Source: a virus (taxonomy: Duplodnaviria > Heunggongvirae > Uroviricota > Caudoviricetes). Taken from it: 64,000 nucleotides of DNA. Below the pieces are notes generated by a model. The model saw only the letters and a program-made list of their open reading frames with translations, did not search any database and was not told the origin of the DNA. Made by a program: the position numbers and the translations under genes. Within the stretch, counting starts at the first letter, position 1. The number at the start of each line of letters is the position of its first letter. The stretch lies in IMG/VR virus record IMGVR_UViG_3300034107_000364; one strand, given 5' to 3'. Of the stretch, positions 45,518-54,750 are shown one piece after another.

Positions 45518-47059
45518 ATGAGTACATTTAAAGACATTAGAAATAATTTTCAAATAGCAATGGATAAAGCTATTCATGAATCAAAACAACCAACTAAAAA
45601 AGCAATTGAAGAGTTTTGGCTAGAAGGTTTTAAAAAGTTTATGAATTCTAAAGATTTTGCTGGTGTTTCCAGTAGAATAAGTGGAACAGGTGAAGTGTTA
45701 AGAGCAAATTTCGGCGCAAATGACGGAACGGCAGAAACTAAAATTATAGAATTTCTTAAAGAAGTAGGTGGTATTGATCCATCGTCTTATAGTATAGAAT
45801 TTAAACAACAAGGAATTGTTTCTAGTGATTTCGCAGGATATACAATAATTTTCAATACTAAAGTATCAGATGCTTTAGGTAAAGATTATAAAAAAGGAGA
45901 CTTTATAACAATTACCAATAGATTTAAAGTTAATAAAAAAGGAGAGCAGGGTGTTGTTGGTAGAAAAGATCTTACACCTGATAATCTAGGTATAACAAAA
46001 AACATATATCAATCAGCTGAAAGTTTATTTGCAGTTGTCTCTCCGGCTATATCTAATAGCAGTTTACCAGAAAACTATAAAAAATGTTTTATTACAGTAA
46101 CTGAATCTATTATGAATAATTCATCAAATAAAAATAAATTTAAAGATTTTGATGCTTATTTAGCAGCTGGAGTACATGACATATCTTATAGTGTTGACAA
46201 TAATATATTTGAGGGTATTGATCCTATTTCAATCCAACATTTCCAAAATGATTACGGAGAAATATTAGGAGGCTTTATGTTTTTTAATATACTTCAATCA
46301 TATGGTGTGGGATTATCTTATCCAAAATCATCTAATGAAAAATTAGTAGATTTTTATTTTAGCGGATATTCTATTTCTTCAAAAGGCGGAAAAGGAGGAA
46401 CACCGAGTGGAGATACTATAATTCAAAAAATATACCAAGCCAAACAAGATTCTTTAATACAAGCAGAAACTGCACTAGAATCAGATTTCCTTACTAATGT
46501 TGTAGAGCAGTGGGTTAATCCTCCTAAATTAGCTAGAAGTGGTACTTATGACAATATAATGAATTTGTGTAATGTTAATATAAAAGATCATTCAAATTCA
46601 GGATATTGGCTTCTTTGTTCAGAATCTAAATTAGATCCCTCGATGCTAACTCAAGATGCTGTTGTTAGTTTTCTAGATATATTATACGATTCTAATGTAG
46701 ATGAATTTAGCAATTTCATATCTAAATTATGGGATTTGAGTAAAATGCAATGGAATAAAGCTAAATTAAATGAGATGATAAAGTCATATCCTACAATGGG
46801 TAAAAACAAAATTGGAATAGTATTTTATGCTTTAATGGTTGAAATAGCTACATTATTAACTAATACGTATTCTAATGAATTATCTAAATTTGGAAGAATG
46901 GTAACAGATGTAAAACAATTATATTTAGATGTTTCTGTAAACAAAGGAACTCTTATATTTAAAACAATACCATTTAAATCAGCTAACTTTCAATTTGAAC
47001 AAAAAGGAAGTATGCCTAACCCATTTAATGCTAATATGGGAATAAAAGTAATTAAGTAA
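45518..47059 (+). CDS. hypothetical protein (513 aa)
   Basis: ORF. Confidence 0.5.
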   Translation: MSTFKDIRNNFQIAMDKAIHESKQPTKKAIEEFWLEGFKKFMNSKDFAGVSSRISGTGEVLRANFGANDGTAETKIIEFLKEVGGIDPSSYSIEFKQQGIVSSDFAGYTIIFNTKVSDALGKDYKKGDFITITNRFKVNKKGEQGVVGRKDLTPDNLGITKNIYQSAESLFAVVSPAISNSSLPENYKKCFITVTESIMNNSSNKNKFKDFDAYLAAGVHDISYSVDNNIFEGIDPISIQHFQNDYGEILGGFMFFNILQSYGVGLSYPKSSNEKLVDFYFSGYSISSKGGKGGTPSGDTIIQKIYQAKQDSLIQAETALESDFLTNVVEQWVNPPKLARSGTYDNIMNLCNVNIKDHSNSGYWLLCSESKLDPSMLTQDAVVSFLDILYDSNVDEFSNFISKLWDLSKMQWNKAKLNEMIKSYPTMGKNKIGIVFYALMVEIATLLTNTYSNELSKFGRMVTDVKQLYLDVSVNKGTLIFKTIPFKSANFQFEQKGSMPNPFNANMGIKVIK

Positions 47060-47261
47060 TTGATGAATCCTCAAGAGTGGCAACATTATGTAGACAAAGG
47101 TGAGGTTCCAATGCATTTTTTCAAATCAATGGTAGAATCTCTTAAGAAAGGTGAAAGGCTAAATGGTCAACATTTAGCGGTTTACCAATCTCATGGACCA
47201 ATCATTGAAATGATGTTACGCAAAAAATAAACTATTTCTACCATTTTCATATAAATTATAA

Positions 47262-48008
47262 ATGGAAAATTACACATATATTTTAGGTCCTTGTAGCATT
47301 GAAAGCGAGGACAACTTCACAGAAGTAGCAAATGCACTATATCCTATAATGCAAGGAAAAGATTGGTATCTTAAAGGTAGCTTTGATAAAGCCAATCGAA
47401 CTTCAATTCATTCTAATCGAGGTCCGGGTTTAGACGAAGGTATCGAGATTATGCGAAATGTCAAAGCTAAATTTCCAGGTCTTAAAATCGTTACAGATAT
47501 TCACACAGCAGATCAAGCATTACCATTATCAGATGTAGTAGATGTGATTCAAATTCCAGCATTCTTATGTAGACAAACAGATCTTCTTATAGAATGTGCA
47601 AAACACTTTAATATTATCAACGTTAAGAAGGGTCAGTGGTTATCTGCTGATGCAATGAAACATGCTGTTACCAAGATTAAAGAAGTAAATCCAACATGTC
47701 AAGTATGGATTACTGAACGTGGTACTCAATTTGGTTTTGATAGGTTAATTGTAGATTTCAGAGGAGTTGATGTAATGAAACAATTTGCAGATAAAGTTAT
47801 CTTTGATTGTACGCACTCAACTCAAATGTCAGGTGATGGTATTACAGGTGGAAGTAGAAAACTTGCAAAGCAATATTCTTTAGCTGCACGTATTTTTGAG
47901 TATGATGGAGTATTTATTGAAACACATCCAGATCCTGATAATGCCATCTCAGATGCAGCTAGTCAAGTAGAATTGGATTGGATGGTAGAAAATCTAAAAA
48001 ACATTTAA
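47262..48008 (+). CDS. kdsA: 3-deoxy-D-manno-octulosonate 8-phosphate synthase-like (KdsA/DAHP synthase family)
   Basis: LGPCSIESE, KGSFDKANRTS, IQIPAFLCRQTDLL, NVKKGQ, FDCTHSTQ conserved blocks. Confidence 0.7.
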   Translation: MENYTYILGPCSIESEDNFTEVANALYPIMQGKDWYLKGSFDKANRTSIHSNRGPGLDEGIEIMRNVKAKFPGLKIVTDIHTADQALPLSDVVDVIQIPAFLCRQTDLLIECAKHFNIINVKKGQWLSADAMKHAVTKIKEVNPTCQVWITERGTQFGFDRLIVDFRGVDVMKQFADKVIFDCTHSTQMSGDGITGGSRKLAKQYSLAARIFEYDGVFIETHPDPDNAISDAASQVELDWMVENLKNI

Positions 48009-48078
48009 ACTATTTTTTAAAAAAGGTGTTTTTTTAAAAAACTAAATGAATTGCCCAGATATATAATCAGAGCGCAAT

Positions 48079-48282
48079 ATGCCTTACCCTTTAAAAATAT
48101 CTAGTTTTACAATGGCAGAATTTATCCCAGAAGTTGTTCCTGCTTCTGAGCATGATTCAAAGACCGTAGAAGTTACAAGTGTTAAAAACGATTACATGTT
48201 CCAAATCACATTGGACGATCTTTATGACATAGCAGATGATTACGCTAATTGGGTCTATTTCGGAGTCGGTGGTCCAGCTTAA
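48079..48282 (+). CDS. hypothetical protein (67 aa)
   Basis: ORF followed by terminator. Confidence 0.45.
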   Translation: MPYPLKISSFTMAEFIPEVVPASEHDSKTVEVTSVKNDYMFQITLDDLYDIADDYANWVYFGVGGPA

Positions 48283-48291
48283 ACAGAACAA

Positions 48292-48320
48292 AGAGCAGCT
48301 TTTTTAGCTGCTTTTTTCTT
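48292..48320 (+). terminator. rho-independent terminator
   Basis: AGAGCAGCTtttttAGCTGCTTT + T-run. Confidence 0.65.
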
Positions 48321-48383
48321 TTATGAAACAAAATGAAGATAAATAATATAAATATATAATCTAAAATAATAAAAAACAAAATT

Positions 48384-48815
48384 ATGAGTACAACAATCAT
48401 CGCAGTAGCATTAGTCTCTTTAGTAGTTATTATAACTATTTTTAAAGCAATTGCAAAAAAAGAGAAAGAAGATTCTAAAAGAGGTTCAGTACTTGATCCT
48501 ATTGTAGAACCTACAGTAAAAAAACCTACTAAAATTAAAGCTGCTAAACCAGCAAAAGAAGTAGCACCAATTGCTAAAGAAGCAAAAGCTAAAAAACTTA
48601 CACCTAAAAAACCAAAAACAGGTAAAAATGCTACCAGTGGTTCAGGCTCTGGATCAGGATCAGGCTCTGGAAGTGGATCAAATGTAGGTGGAACAGGATA
48701 TGCTTATGGTACAGGTTCTGGCCGTTCAAGTGGTAAAGGTTCAGGTTCTGGAAGTGGAAGTGGTTCAGGTTCTGGAAGCGGAAGCGGTAAAGGTTCCGGT
48801 GCTGGTAAAAAATAA
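48384..48815 (+). CDS. membrane-anchored Lys-rich protein with (GS)n low-complexity tail
   Basis: N-terminal TM IIAVALVSLVVIITIF, Lys/Pro-rich linker, two (SG)6-9 runs. Confidence 0.5.
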   Translation: MSTTIIAVALVSLVVIITIFKAIAKKEKEDSKRGSVLDPIVEPTVKKPTKIKAAKPAKEVAPIAKEAKAKKLTPKKPKTGKNATSGSGSGSGSGSGSGSNVGGTGYAYGTGSGRSSGKGSGSGSGSGSGSGSGSGKGSGAGKK

Positions 48816-48847
48816 GAATATATAAAGTAAAATATACAAACAAACAT

Positions 48848-51800
48848 ATGTCATCATTTATTAATTTCAATAATAAAGAAGTTACGACTGGAGCAAGCTA
48901 TACTGCTGAAGCGGTTAAAATAGCTTTATTAAAGTCAGAGACTAAAAGCTCTATAAAAGCTGAAACGCTTACAAAAAATATCAAAGAACCTTTGTCTTTA
49001 AATGAGGCTTTAGTATTTTTTACTGATAAATTATCAGCCATGAAATCATTATCTCTTGCAAATGCAGAGATCAATGAAGGAAAGATCAAGCAATTCGAAA
49101 CGGATTACAAGGATATGGAAACCAGTATCAAGAGAGGTATTGGTTGGATTGATCCAGAATATGTAGCAGATACTTGGGAAAATTCATCAGACTCTATTGA
49201 TTTTGAATTAGTTAAAACCGAGCTTTATAAGAGATTAATTGCTGCAGGTTTATTAGCATTTTCAAATCCAGAAGATGGTGAAACAAAAGGTGTACCTGTT
49301 AGAAGTTTAAAAGACTTAAGTATTAAAGAGTCTTTAGAAGCAAATAAGGTTAACGAAACTTTATTCTTTGCATTCTTTAATAACAAGAAAATCGAAGTAG
49401 AAGGTAAAGATCTTTGGGATGCTAAACAAAAAGCAATCATCGAATTAAAGGTACCTAAATCTAAAGTTGGTTTATTAGCTGTAGTAAGTGCTGAATCACA
49501 AAAGAATCAAGATTTTAAATTTGAATCTTTTGTAGGTGAAAGTGAAGTCATCACTGTTGAGGTTGATATGGCATGGGATGATTTAGACAAAGAAGAAGAC
49601 AAAGCAGCTAAAGCAGCTTTCAAGAAATATAAGATCAAAGTTGAACCAATGAGTCTGGGTCGCGGTAGTCAGGACATTCGTCAAGAAGGAACTTTCGAAG
49701 TAACTGGTAAGAAAAAAGACATTCTTGCATATCTTAAAAGTGATTTCTATGAAATGGATCAAGAAACTATTGAAGAATACTATCCTGAACTTTTAGAATC
49801 TTCTAAAAAACCAGCAGGTCTTACATTAGACGATACAAAAAAGGTTGCAGAATTATATGCTAGCGCTCTTTCTAAAGCAGATGGTGTTAAAGCTACTGTT
49901 AATAAAAAATCACTAGAAGAAGATTCATTTGATTTAGATGTAGATGGCGAAGAATATGCAGGTGGATCTTACAATATTTATCATAACGGAGAAGTAGTTA
50001 ATCATGCAGTTCCAGGATCACCGGTATATGGTTATTTTGATGATAAGCTTGATACTATTGTAAAAAACATAAAAAATCCAAAATTACACGAGAGTGCAAT
50101 GTCAGATATTGATATTATGGCTCAAGAAGCAAAAGATTTTAAATCATTTGTAAAAGAGTTTAAAAAAGAACATCATGACTTATCTAGTGCTGGTGAACCA
50201 GGTCAATTTGAAGCATGGTTACAAACAATTTACGATACTGCTAAAGAAAACATGGACGAGTCAGTAGTTAACGAAGGTCAATTCTCATGGATGGCTCAAG
50301 ATACTGGAAATCAAATTGGTTCTGAAAAACAAAATACCATTACTATTACAATGTTTGATGACAAAGGTAATAAATGGGAAGAAAAGAAATATGACGGTTA
50401 CGGTGAATTCGGTGGTAAAGATTACTACGAATTATTAGCTCAAATGAATGGAATTGAAAATCCTAATAGACAAGATGGTATTGATATTGCATTTGATAAA
50501 AAGAAAGTTAGTGGAAAAGTTCTTTTCCCAGCTTTAGTTGAAGATCCAAAACGTTTCAACTTCAAAAAGCACGATTTTACACAAGAAGCAGAACATGATC
50601 CAAATCAATCATGGTACCAAGAAGAAGAGTACGATGATGATTATGAAGAGTATGATGAATCTAAAGTTACTGAAGCAGCAAGAGTACCTTCTAATGTTTT
50701 AGATTTTGCTAAAAGAAAAGGAAGTTATGCAACTTCATTGGTTAAGAAAGCTGCTACATGGGCTGAAAAAGCTGGTAAGTATATTAGCGGTGGTACTGCA
50801 ATTGGTAAAGATTATATGACTATAATTTTAGACATGAAACATCAAGGTTCTGAAATTTATATTAATCTAAATGACGAAACAATTGAATTATTTGGCGAAG
50901 AAGTTACTGATGCTAAATCATTCCAAAAAGTATTAGATGCAAATATGTCAGAATCTAAAGTTAATGAATCTGCGGCTGATCTAATAAAATATGTTGAAAC
51001 CGCATCTGAAAAAACTTTCAAAGGTGGTGGTAATGGTCAAAATCTATTAGATAATGCAATGGAACTTGCTTCACACATTGGAGACTATGAAATGGGCAGA
51101 CCTACTAGAGGATATGAAGAAGATGGTTTTTATGGTCCAGCTACAATAACTTTATTTAAAAGATTAGTTGATCAAATGTCAGCAGATGATATTAAAAATA
51201 ATCAAGCTGATAAATATGAATCTAAAGTTACTGAATCACATTTTAAAGTTGGCGACAAAGTAAAAATGTCACATGGTGGAACTGGTGTAATTGTTTCTTT
51301 AGATAAAGAAGATGGCGCAGAGGATGAAAAATACTATAATGTAGAATTACCAAACGGAGAAATGCACAAGCACGCACCTAATGAATTGACTAAAGAATCA
51401 GTAGTTATTGAAGGTATATCTGTTACAGACGAGAGAGTTTATGGTAAAAAAGGTATTATCATTATGATTGATGATAATGGTAAACAAGTATCTGCGATAT
51501 TCAAAGATAAAAAGAATGCTGACAAATACAATAGAAATAAGGCAGAAGATATTAAAGCTCTTTTAGATTTAGCTAAAGATACTAAATATCCAAATGCTAT
51601 TGATGAATCTGTTGTTAATGAAGGTAGATCAATCAATAAAATCCAAAAAGAATGGAGTGAAACTACTACTAAAATGCAACAAAAAGCAGGTGAGTGGAAA
51701 GTAGCTGAAGGCGATAGAAAATCTGAATTGTTGGATGAAATGAAAGCATTGACAGCTAAGAAAAGAGAATTAGAAGCAGAATTAGACGCAGCTGTTGCTG

Positions 51801-52426
51801 GTAAAGATAAAGATCTTGAATTAGTAGTATCTGAAGGAAATGCATTCGGTGCCGCAAGAGCTAAAGCAATTGCAGATGGTGCTAAAGAATTTGAATTTGA
51901 AGGTGAAACTTATAAAGTTGAAGATGTTGGAGCAGACGATAAAGAAAATGCAAAAGAATTCGTAGAAGAAGGAAATGCATTCTTGGCTGCAAGAGCTAAA
52001 GCAATCGAAGAAGATGCTGAAGAATTTGAATTTAATGGTAAAACCTTTCCAGTTATTGAAGAAGGAAATGCATTCGGTGCAGCAAGAGCAAAAGCTATTG
52101 CAGATGGTGCAAAAGAATTTGAATTTGAAGGCGAAACTTATAAAGTAGAAGACGCTGGACCAGACGATAAAAAAAATGCTAAGGAATTCGTAGAAGAATC
52201 TAAATTAACGTTAGATGCTTTAGTAGAAATGTTTGAGGTAAAGGTTAACGAAGATTTAAGATCTGATGTTAAGAAATTTATCAAAGACAATGCAAATGAA
52301 TTAAACACTTTAGCTGATAAAGACGAATGGGACTTAATGTATACAAAACTATACAATGAGTTCAATGTTGAAGCAAATTCAACAAAAGGAAAAGACTTAT
52401 TAAAGACATTCCAGTTCGTATTCTAA
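48848..52426 (+). CDS. large acidic protein (1192 aa) with 3x ~33-aa internal repeats and recurrent ES(V/K)V(N/T)E motifs
   Basis: repeats EGNAFGAARAKAIADGAKEFEFEGETYKVED x3 near C-terminus; motifs DESVVNEG (x2), ESKVTE (x2), ESKVNE. Confidence 0.55.
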   Translation: MSSFINFNNKEVTTGASYTAEAVKIALLKSETKSSIKAETLTKNIKEPLSLNEALVFFTDKLSAMKSLSLANAEINEGKIKQFETDYKDMETSIKRGIGWIDPEYVADTWENSSDSIDFELVKTELYKRLIAAGLLAFSNPEDGETKGVPVRSLKDLSIKESLEANKVNETLFFAFFNNKKIEVEGKDLWDAKQKAIIELKVPKSKVGLLAVVSAESQKNQDFKFESFVGESEVITVEVDMAWDDLDKEEDKAAKAAFKKYKIKVEPMSLGRGSQDIRQEGTFEVTGKKKDILAYLKSDFYEMDQETIEEYYPELLESSKKPAGLTLDDTKKVAELYASALSKADGVKATVNKKSLEEDSFDLDVDGEEYAGGSYNIYHNGEVVNHAVPGSPVYGYFDDKLDTIVKNIKNPKLHESAMSDIDIMAQEAKDFKSFVKEFKKEHHDLSSAGEPGQFEAWLQTIYDTAKENMDESVVNEGQFSWMAQDTGNQIGSEKQNTITITMFDDKGNKWEEKKYDGYGEFGGKDYYELLAQMNGIENPNRQDGIDIAFDKKKVSGKVLFPALVEDPKRFNFKKHDFTQEAEHDPNQSWYQEEEYDDDYEEYDESKVTEAARVPSNVLDFAKRKGSYATSLVKKAATWAEKAGKYISGGTAIGKDYMTIILDMKHQGSEIYINLNDETIELFGEEVTDAKSFQKVLDANMSESKVNESAADLIKYVETASEKTFKGGGNGQNLLDNAMELASHIGDYEMGRPTRGYEEDGFYGPATITLFKRLVDQMSADDIKNNQADKYESKVTESHFKVGDKVKMSHGGTGVIVSLDKEDGAEDEKYYNVELPNGEMHKHAPNELTKESVVIEGISVTDERVYGKKGIIIMIDDNGKQVSAIFKDKKNADKYNRNKAEDIKALLDLAKDTKYPNAIDESVVNEGRSINKIQKEWSETTTKMQQKAGEWKVAEGDRKSELLDEMKALTAKKRELEAELDAAVAGKDKDLELVVSEGNAFGAARAKAIADGAKEFEFEGETYKVEDVGADDKENAKEFVEEGNAFLAARAKAIEEDAEEFEFNGKTFPVIEEGNAFGAARAKAIADGAKEFEFEGETYKVEDAGPDDKKNAKEFVEESKLTLDALVEMFEVKVNEDLRSDVKKFIKDNANELNTLADKDEWDLMYTKLYNEFNVEANSTKGKDLLKTFQFVF
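51820..52200 (+). repeat. in-frame tandem coding repeat (3 copies, ~100 nt unit)
   Basis: gaaggaaatgcattcggtgc(c/a)gcaagagc(t/a)aaagc... repeated. Confidence 0.6.
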
Positions 52427-52427
52427 A

Positions 52428-52510
52428 TTGTTCGCAACTTTTATGAAAATAATTAAGCCCAAATTTTTTAGTTTGGGCTTTTTTTTGTATATTAGCTCTA
52501 TAATTAAAAC
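52428..52510 (+). promoter_or_regulatory. terminator/promoter cassette, copy 13 (hairpin variant, TTGTTCGCAAC)
   Basis: TTGTTCGCAACTTTTATGAAAATAATT-AAGCCCAAAttttttagTTTGGGCTT-TTTTTTGTATATTAGCTCTATAATTAAAAC. Confidence 0.6.
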
Positions 52511-52568
52511 AAAATTAGAAGCTTTCATATAAATAGTATGAATAAATTGAAAATAAACGATAAATAGT

Positions 52569-52622
52569 TTTTTATGTCGTTTTTTTCGTGTACATTAACA
52601 ATATTAACCAATTAAATTTAAA
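52569..52622 (+). promoter_or_regulatory. promoter cassette variant, copy 14
   Basis: TTTTTATGTCGTTTTTTTCGTGTACATTAACAATATTAACCAATTAAATTTAAAAC upstream of ATG 52626. Confidence 0.45.
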
Positions 52623-52625
52623 ACT

Positions 52626-53213
52626 ATGTTATACACTTATTGTAAAGACTCGTTAACTTTTAAACGAATTAATCCCCGAAAAATGCTTAAAGCCATAGGA
52701 GCATCTTTGCTCTTCTTAGGCATTACTTATTATACCACATACAATGTGGCCACACAGAAAGCTTCCGCTAAATCCATGACTAACATGTCATATGAACAAA
52801 AAGTCTTAATAGTTAATGAAATATCCAAGAATGAGTTTTCAAAAGAAGCTGTGGTAGAAGAACTTAAGCGACTTAATGTAAAATACCCACATATTGTATT
52901 AGCTCAAGCTCTTATAGAAAGCGGCCATTTTCAAAGTAATATCTTTAGATCTAATAATAATTTGTTTGGTATGAAAGAAGCTAAACAAAGAACTACTACT
53001 GCACGTGGAACTAATTTAGGTCATGCTTATTACGATAATTGGAAAGAATCAATCTTAGATTATGCAATATTTCAATCAGCTTATCTTAGAGACCTTAATA
53101 CAGAAGAACAATATTTAAGTTATTTGGGTGCAAATTATGCAGAGGCTAGTAATTATGAATTAGCTGTAACAAATATGATAAAAAACGAAAAACTAAAAGA
53201 GCTTTTTAATTAA
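52626..53213 (+). CDS. membrane-anchored mannosyl-glycoprotein endo-beta-N-acetylglucosaminidase-domain protein (FlgJ/LytD-like glucosaminidase)
   Basis: TM LKAIGASLLFLGITYY; LAQALIESGHFQSNIFRSNNNLFGMK matches Glucosaminidase domain core. Confidence 0.6.
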   Translation: MLYTYCKDSLTFKRINPRKMLKAIGASLLFLGITYYTTYNVATQKASAKSMTNMSYEQKVLIVNEISKNEFSKEAVVEELKRLNVKYPHIVLAQALIESGHFQSNIFRSNNNLFGMKEAKQRTTTARGTNLGHAYYDNWKESILDYAIFQSAYLRDLNTEEQYLSYLGANYAEASNYELAVTNMIKNEKLKELFN

Positions 53214-53246
53214 GATATATAATATAATTAAAAAAATATTTATAGT

Positions 53247-53516
53247 ATGAAATACGCAAAACCTTTCGAAGCTTTCGCAAATAAAATTGAATTACCTAAG
53301 ACGATTACTGAAAAGAAATCTGATGGTACTATTTCAGATGACGAAGAAGCAAGAGAAGAAGATTTAATGGCTAACGTTGAAGTTGCTATCGATGACTTAA
53401 TCACTTTAATTAAAAAAGAAGCTAACGAAATAGGTGGTTCTTTTAGATCTCCTGGAATTGAATCTAGAGTTGGTAAACTTTTAAAAGCAAAATTAGCAAA
53501 AGCAAAATTAATTTAA
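53247..53516 (+). CDS. hypothetical protein with weak CTS-like N-terminus (89 aa)
   Basis: MKYAKPFEAFANKIE. Confidence 0.45.
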   Translation: MKYAKPFEAFANKIELPKTITEKKSDGTISDDEEAREEDLMANVEVAIDDLITLIKKEANEIGGSFRSPGIESRVGKLLKAKLAKAKLI

Positions 53517-53521
53517 TAATT

Positions 53522-53851
53522 ATGAAACACATTAAACTATTTGAACAATTTATCAACGAAGGTAAATTCATTGACTTTAAATTTAATTCTAACAAGGATC
53601 ATAATCCTTGTTGTGATATTTTAGAAGGTCACTTAGACGGTGATACATTTATCACATATGGTATTTATGTTAAAGCTGATGGTGATAAAAAAGTTGGAGA
53701 TGAATTCATGGAACAATACACTGGTTCAAACTATAAAGTAGGATCAAGCAAAAGATCAAATTCAAGAATTTATGAACCTTCTAAAATTCCTGCTAAATAC
53801 AAAGCAGCTTGGGAAGAATTAAAAGCTAAATACGAAAAAGAATATAAATAA
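53522..53851 (+). CDS. hypothetical protein with CTS-like leader (109 aa)
   Basis: MKHIKLFEQFINE|GK. Confidence 0.55.
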   Translation: MKHIKLFEQFINEGKFIDFKFNSNKDHNPCCDILEGHLDGDTFITYGIYVKADGDKKVGDEFMEQYTGSNYKVGSSKRSNSRIYEPSKIPAKYKAAWEELKAKYEKEYK

Positions 53852-53857
53852 GATATT

Positions 53858-54196
53858 ATGAAACACACTAAATTATTCGAAGAATTCTTAAATGAAGCTA
53901 AATCACCTAAACCAGAGATTTTAGTAAAATTATTTAAAGAACTTGCTAAAGCCAAAAATGTAGAAAAACTTATTTGGGGACATGACGATCAAGAAGAATT
54001 TCCACATATTGTACACTTTGCAAATGGATTAGAATCTGAAGCTCCAAGACACGAAGGTGACATGGAAGAATTTTCATTCTATTTAAATGACGATGGTCAA
54101 ACTATCTTAGGTATTTATGACTTAAGTGGATATGATGAAGAGTTAAAAACTCCAAAAGATGCAGTAGTTTGGTGCAGAGCTAACGAAAAACAATAA
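53858..54196 (+). CDS. hypothetical protein with CTS-like leader (112 aa)
   Basis: MKHTKLFEEFLNE|AK. Confidence 0.55.
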   Translation: MKHTKLFEEFLNEAKSPKPEILVKLFKELAKAKNVEKLIWGHDDQEEFPHIVHFANGLESEAPRHEGDMEEFSFYLNDDGQTILGIYDLSGYDEELKTPKDAVVWCRANEKQ

Positions 54197-54209
54197 AACA
54201 ATACACACG

Positions 54210-54401
54210 GTGGCACTCTTTAAATTGGTTAAATTTTTTGAATCCGAACTAGAAAACTTAGAAGCAAATAAATCTAAATGTTTTATAGTTAGAAAATGGC
54301 ATAATTATAGAATTATGATTATCAAAGATAGGATCAAAGAATTAAGAGACGAAATTAATTTAAGAAAGAGACAACCTCGTGAAAAACAAGATTACAAATG
54401 A
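54210..54401 (+). CDS. hypothetical small protein (63 aa, GTG start)
   Basis: ORF with non-ATG start; weak. Confidence 0.3.
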   Translation: MALFKLVKFFESELENLEANKSKCFIVRKWHNYRIMIIKDRIKELRDEINLRKRQPREKQDYK

Positions 54402-54736
54402 AACACACTAAATTATTTGAAGAATTCGTAAACGAAGGTAATGAAATGCCAATCGGTTTAGAAGCTTTTACTAAAGACGAAAAATCAGAAGGTAAACCTG
54501 CAGAAATTTATTTAGCAACCTTTAGTGGTAAAACTTTCAAAGCACAATCTACTGATAAAACATGGGACGACGGAGTTCCTGTAACAAAGAACTTTACAAG
54601 AGGTGGTTACAAAGACGTAACTATTAAAGGACAACACTATATCATTGACACACCAACATTCTGGTATTTCAGAGTAGGTCGAGTTTGGTATGCTGTTAAA
54701 CGTGCTGATTATGGTACACCACCATTTGAATATTAA
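54398..54736 (+). CDS. hypothetical protein with CTS-like leader (112 aa)
   Basis: MKHTKLFEEFVNE|GN. Confidence 0.55.
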   Translation: MKHTKLFEEFVNEGNEMPIGLEAFTKDEKSEGKPAEIYLATFSGKTFKAQSTDKTWDDGVPVTKNFTRGGYKDVTIKGQHYIIDTPTFWYFRVGRVWYAVKRADYGTPPFEY

Positions 54737-54750
54737 ATAAAATACAAATC

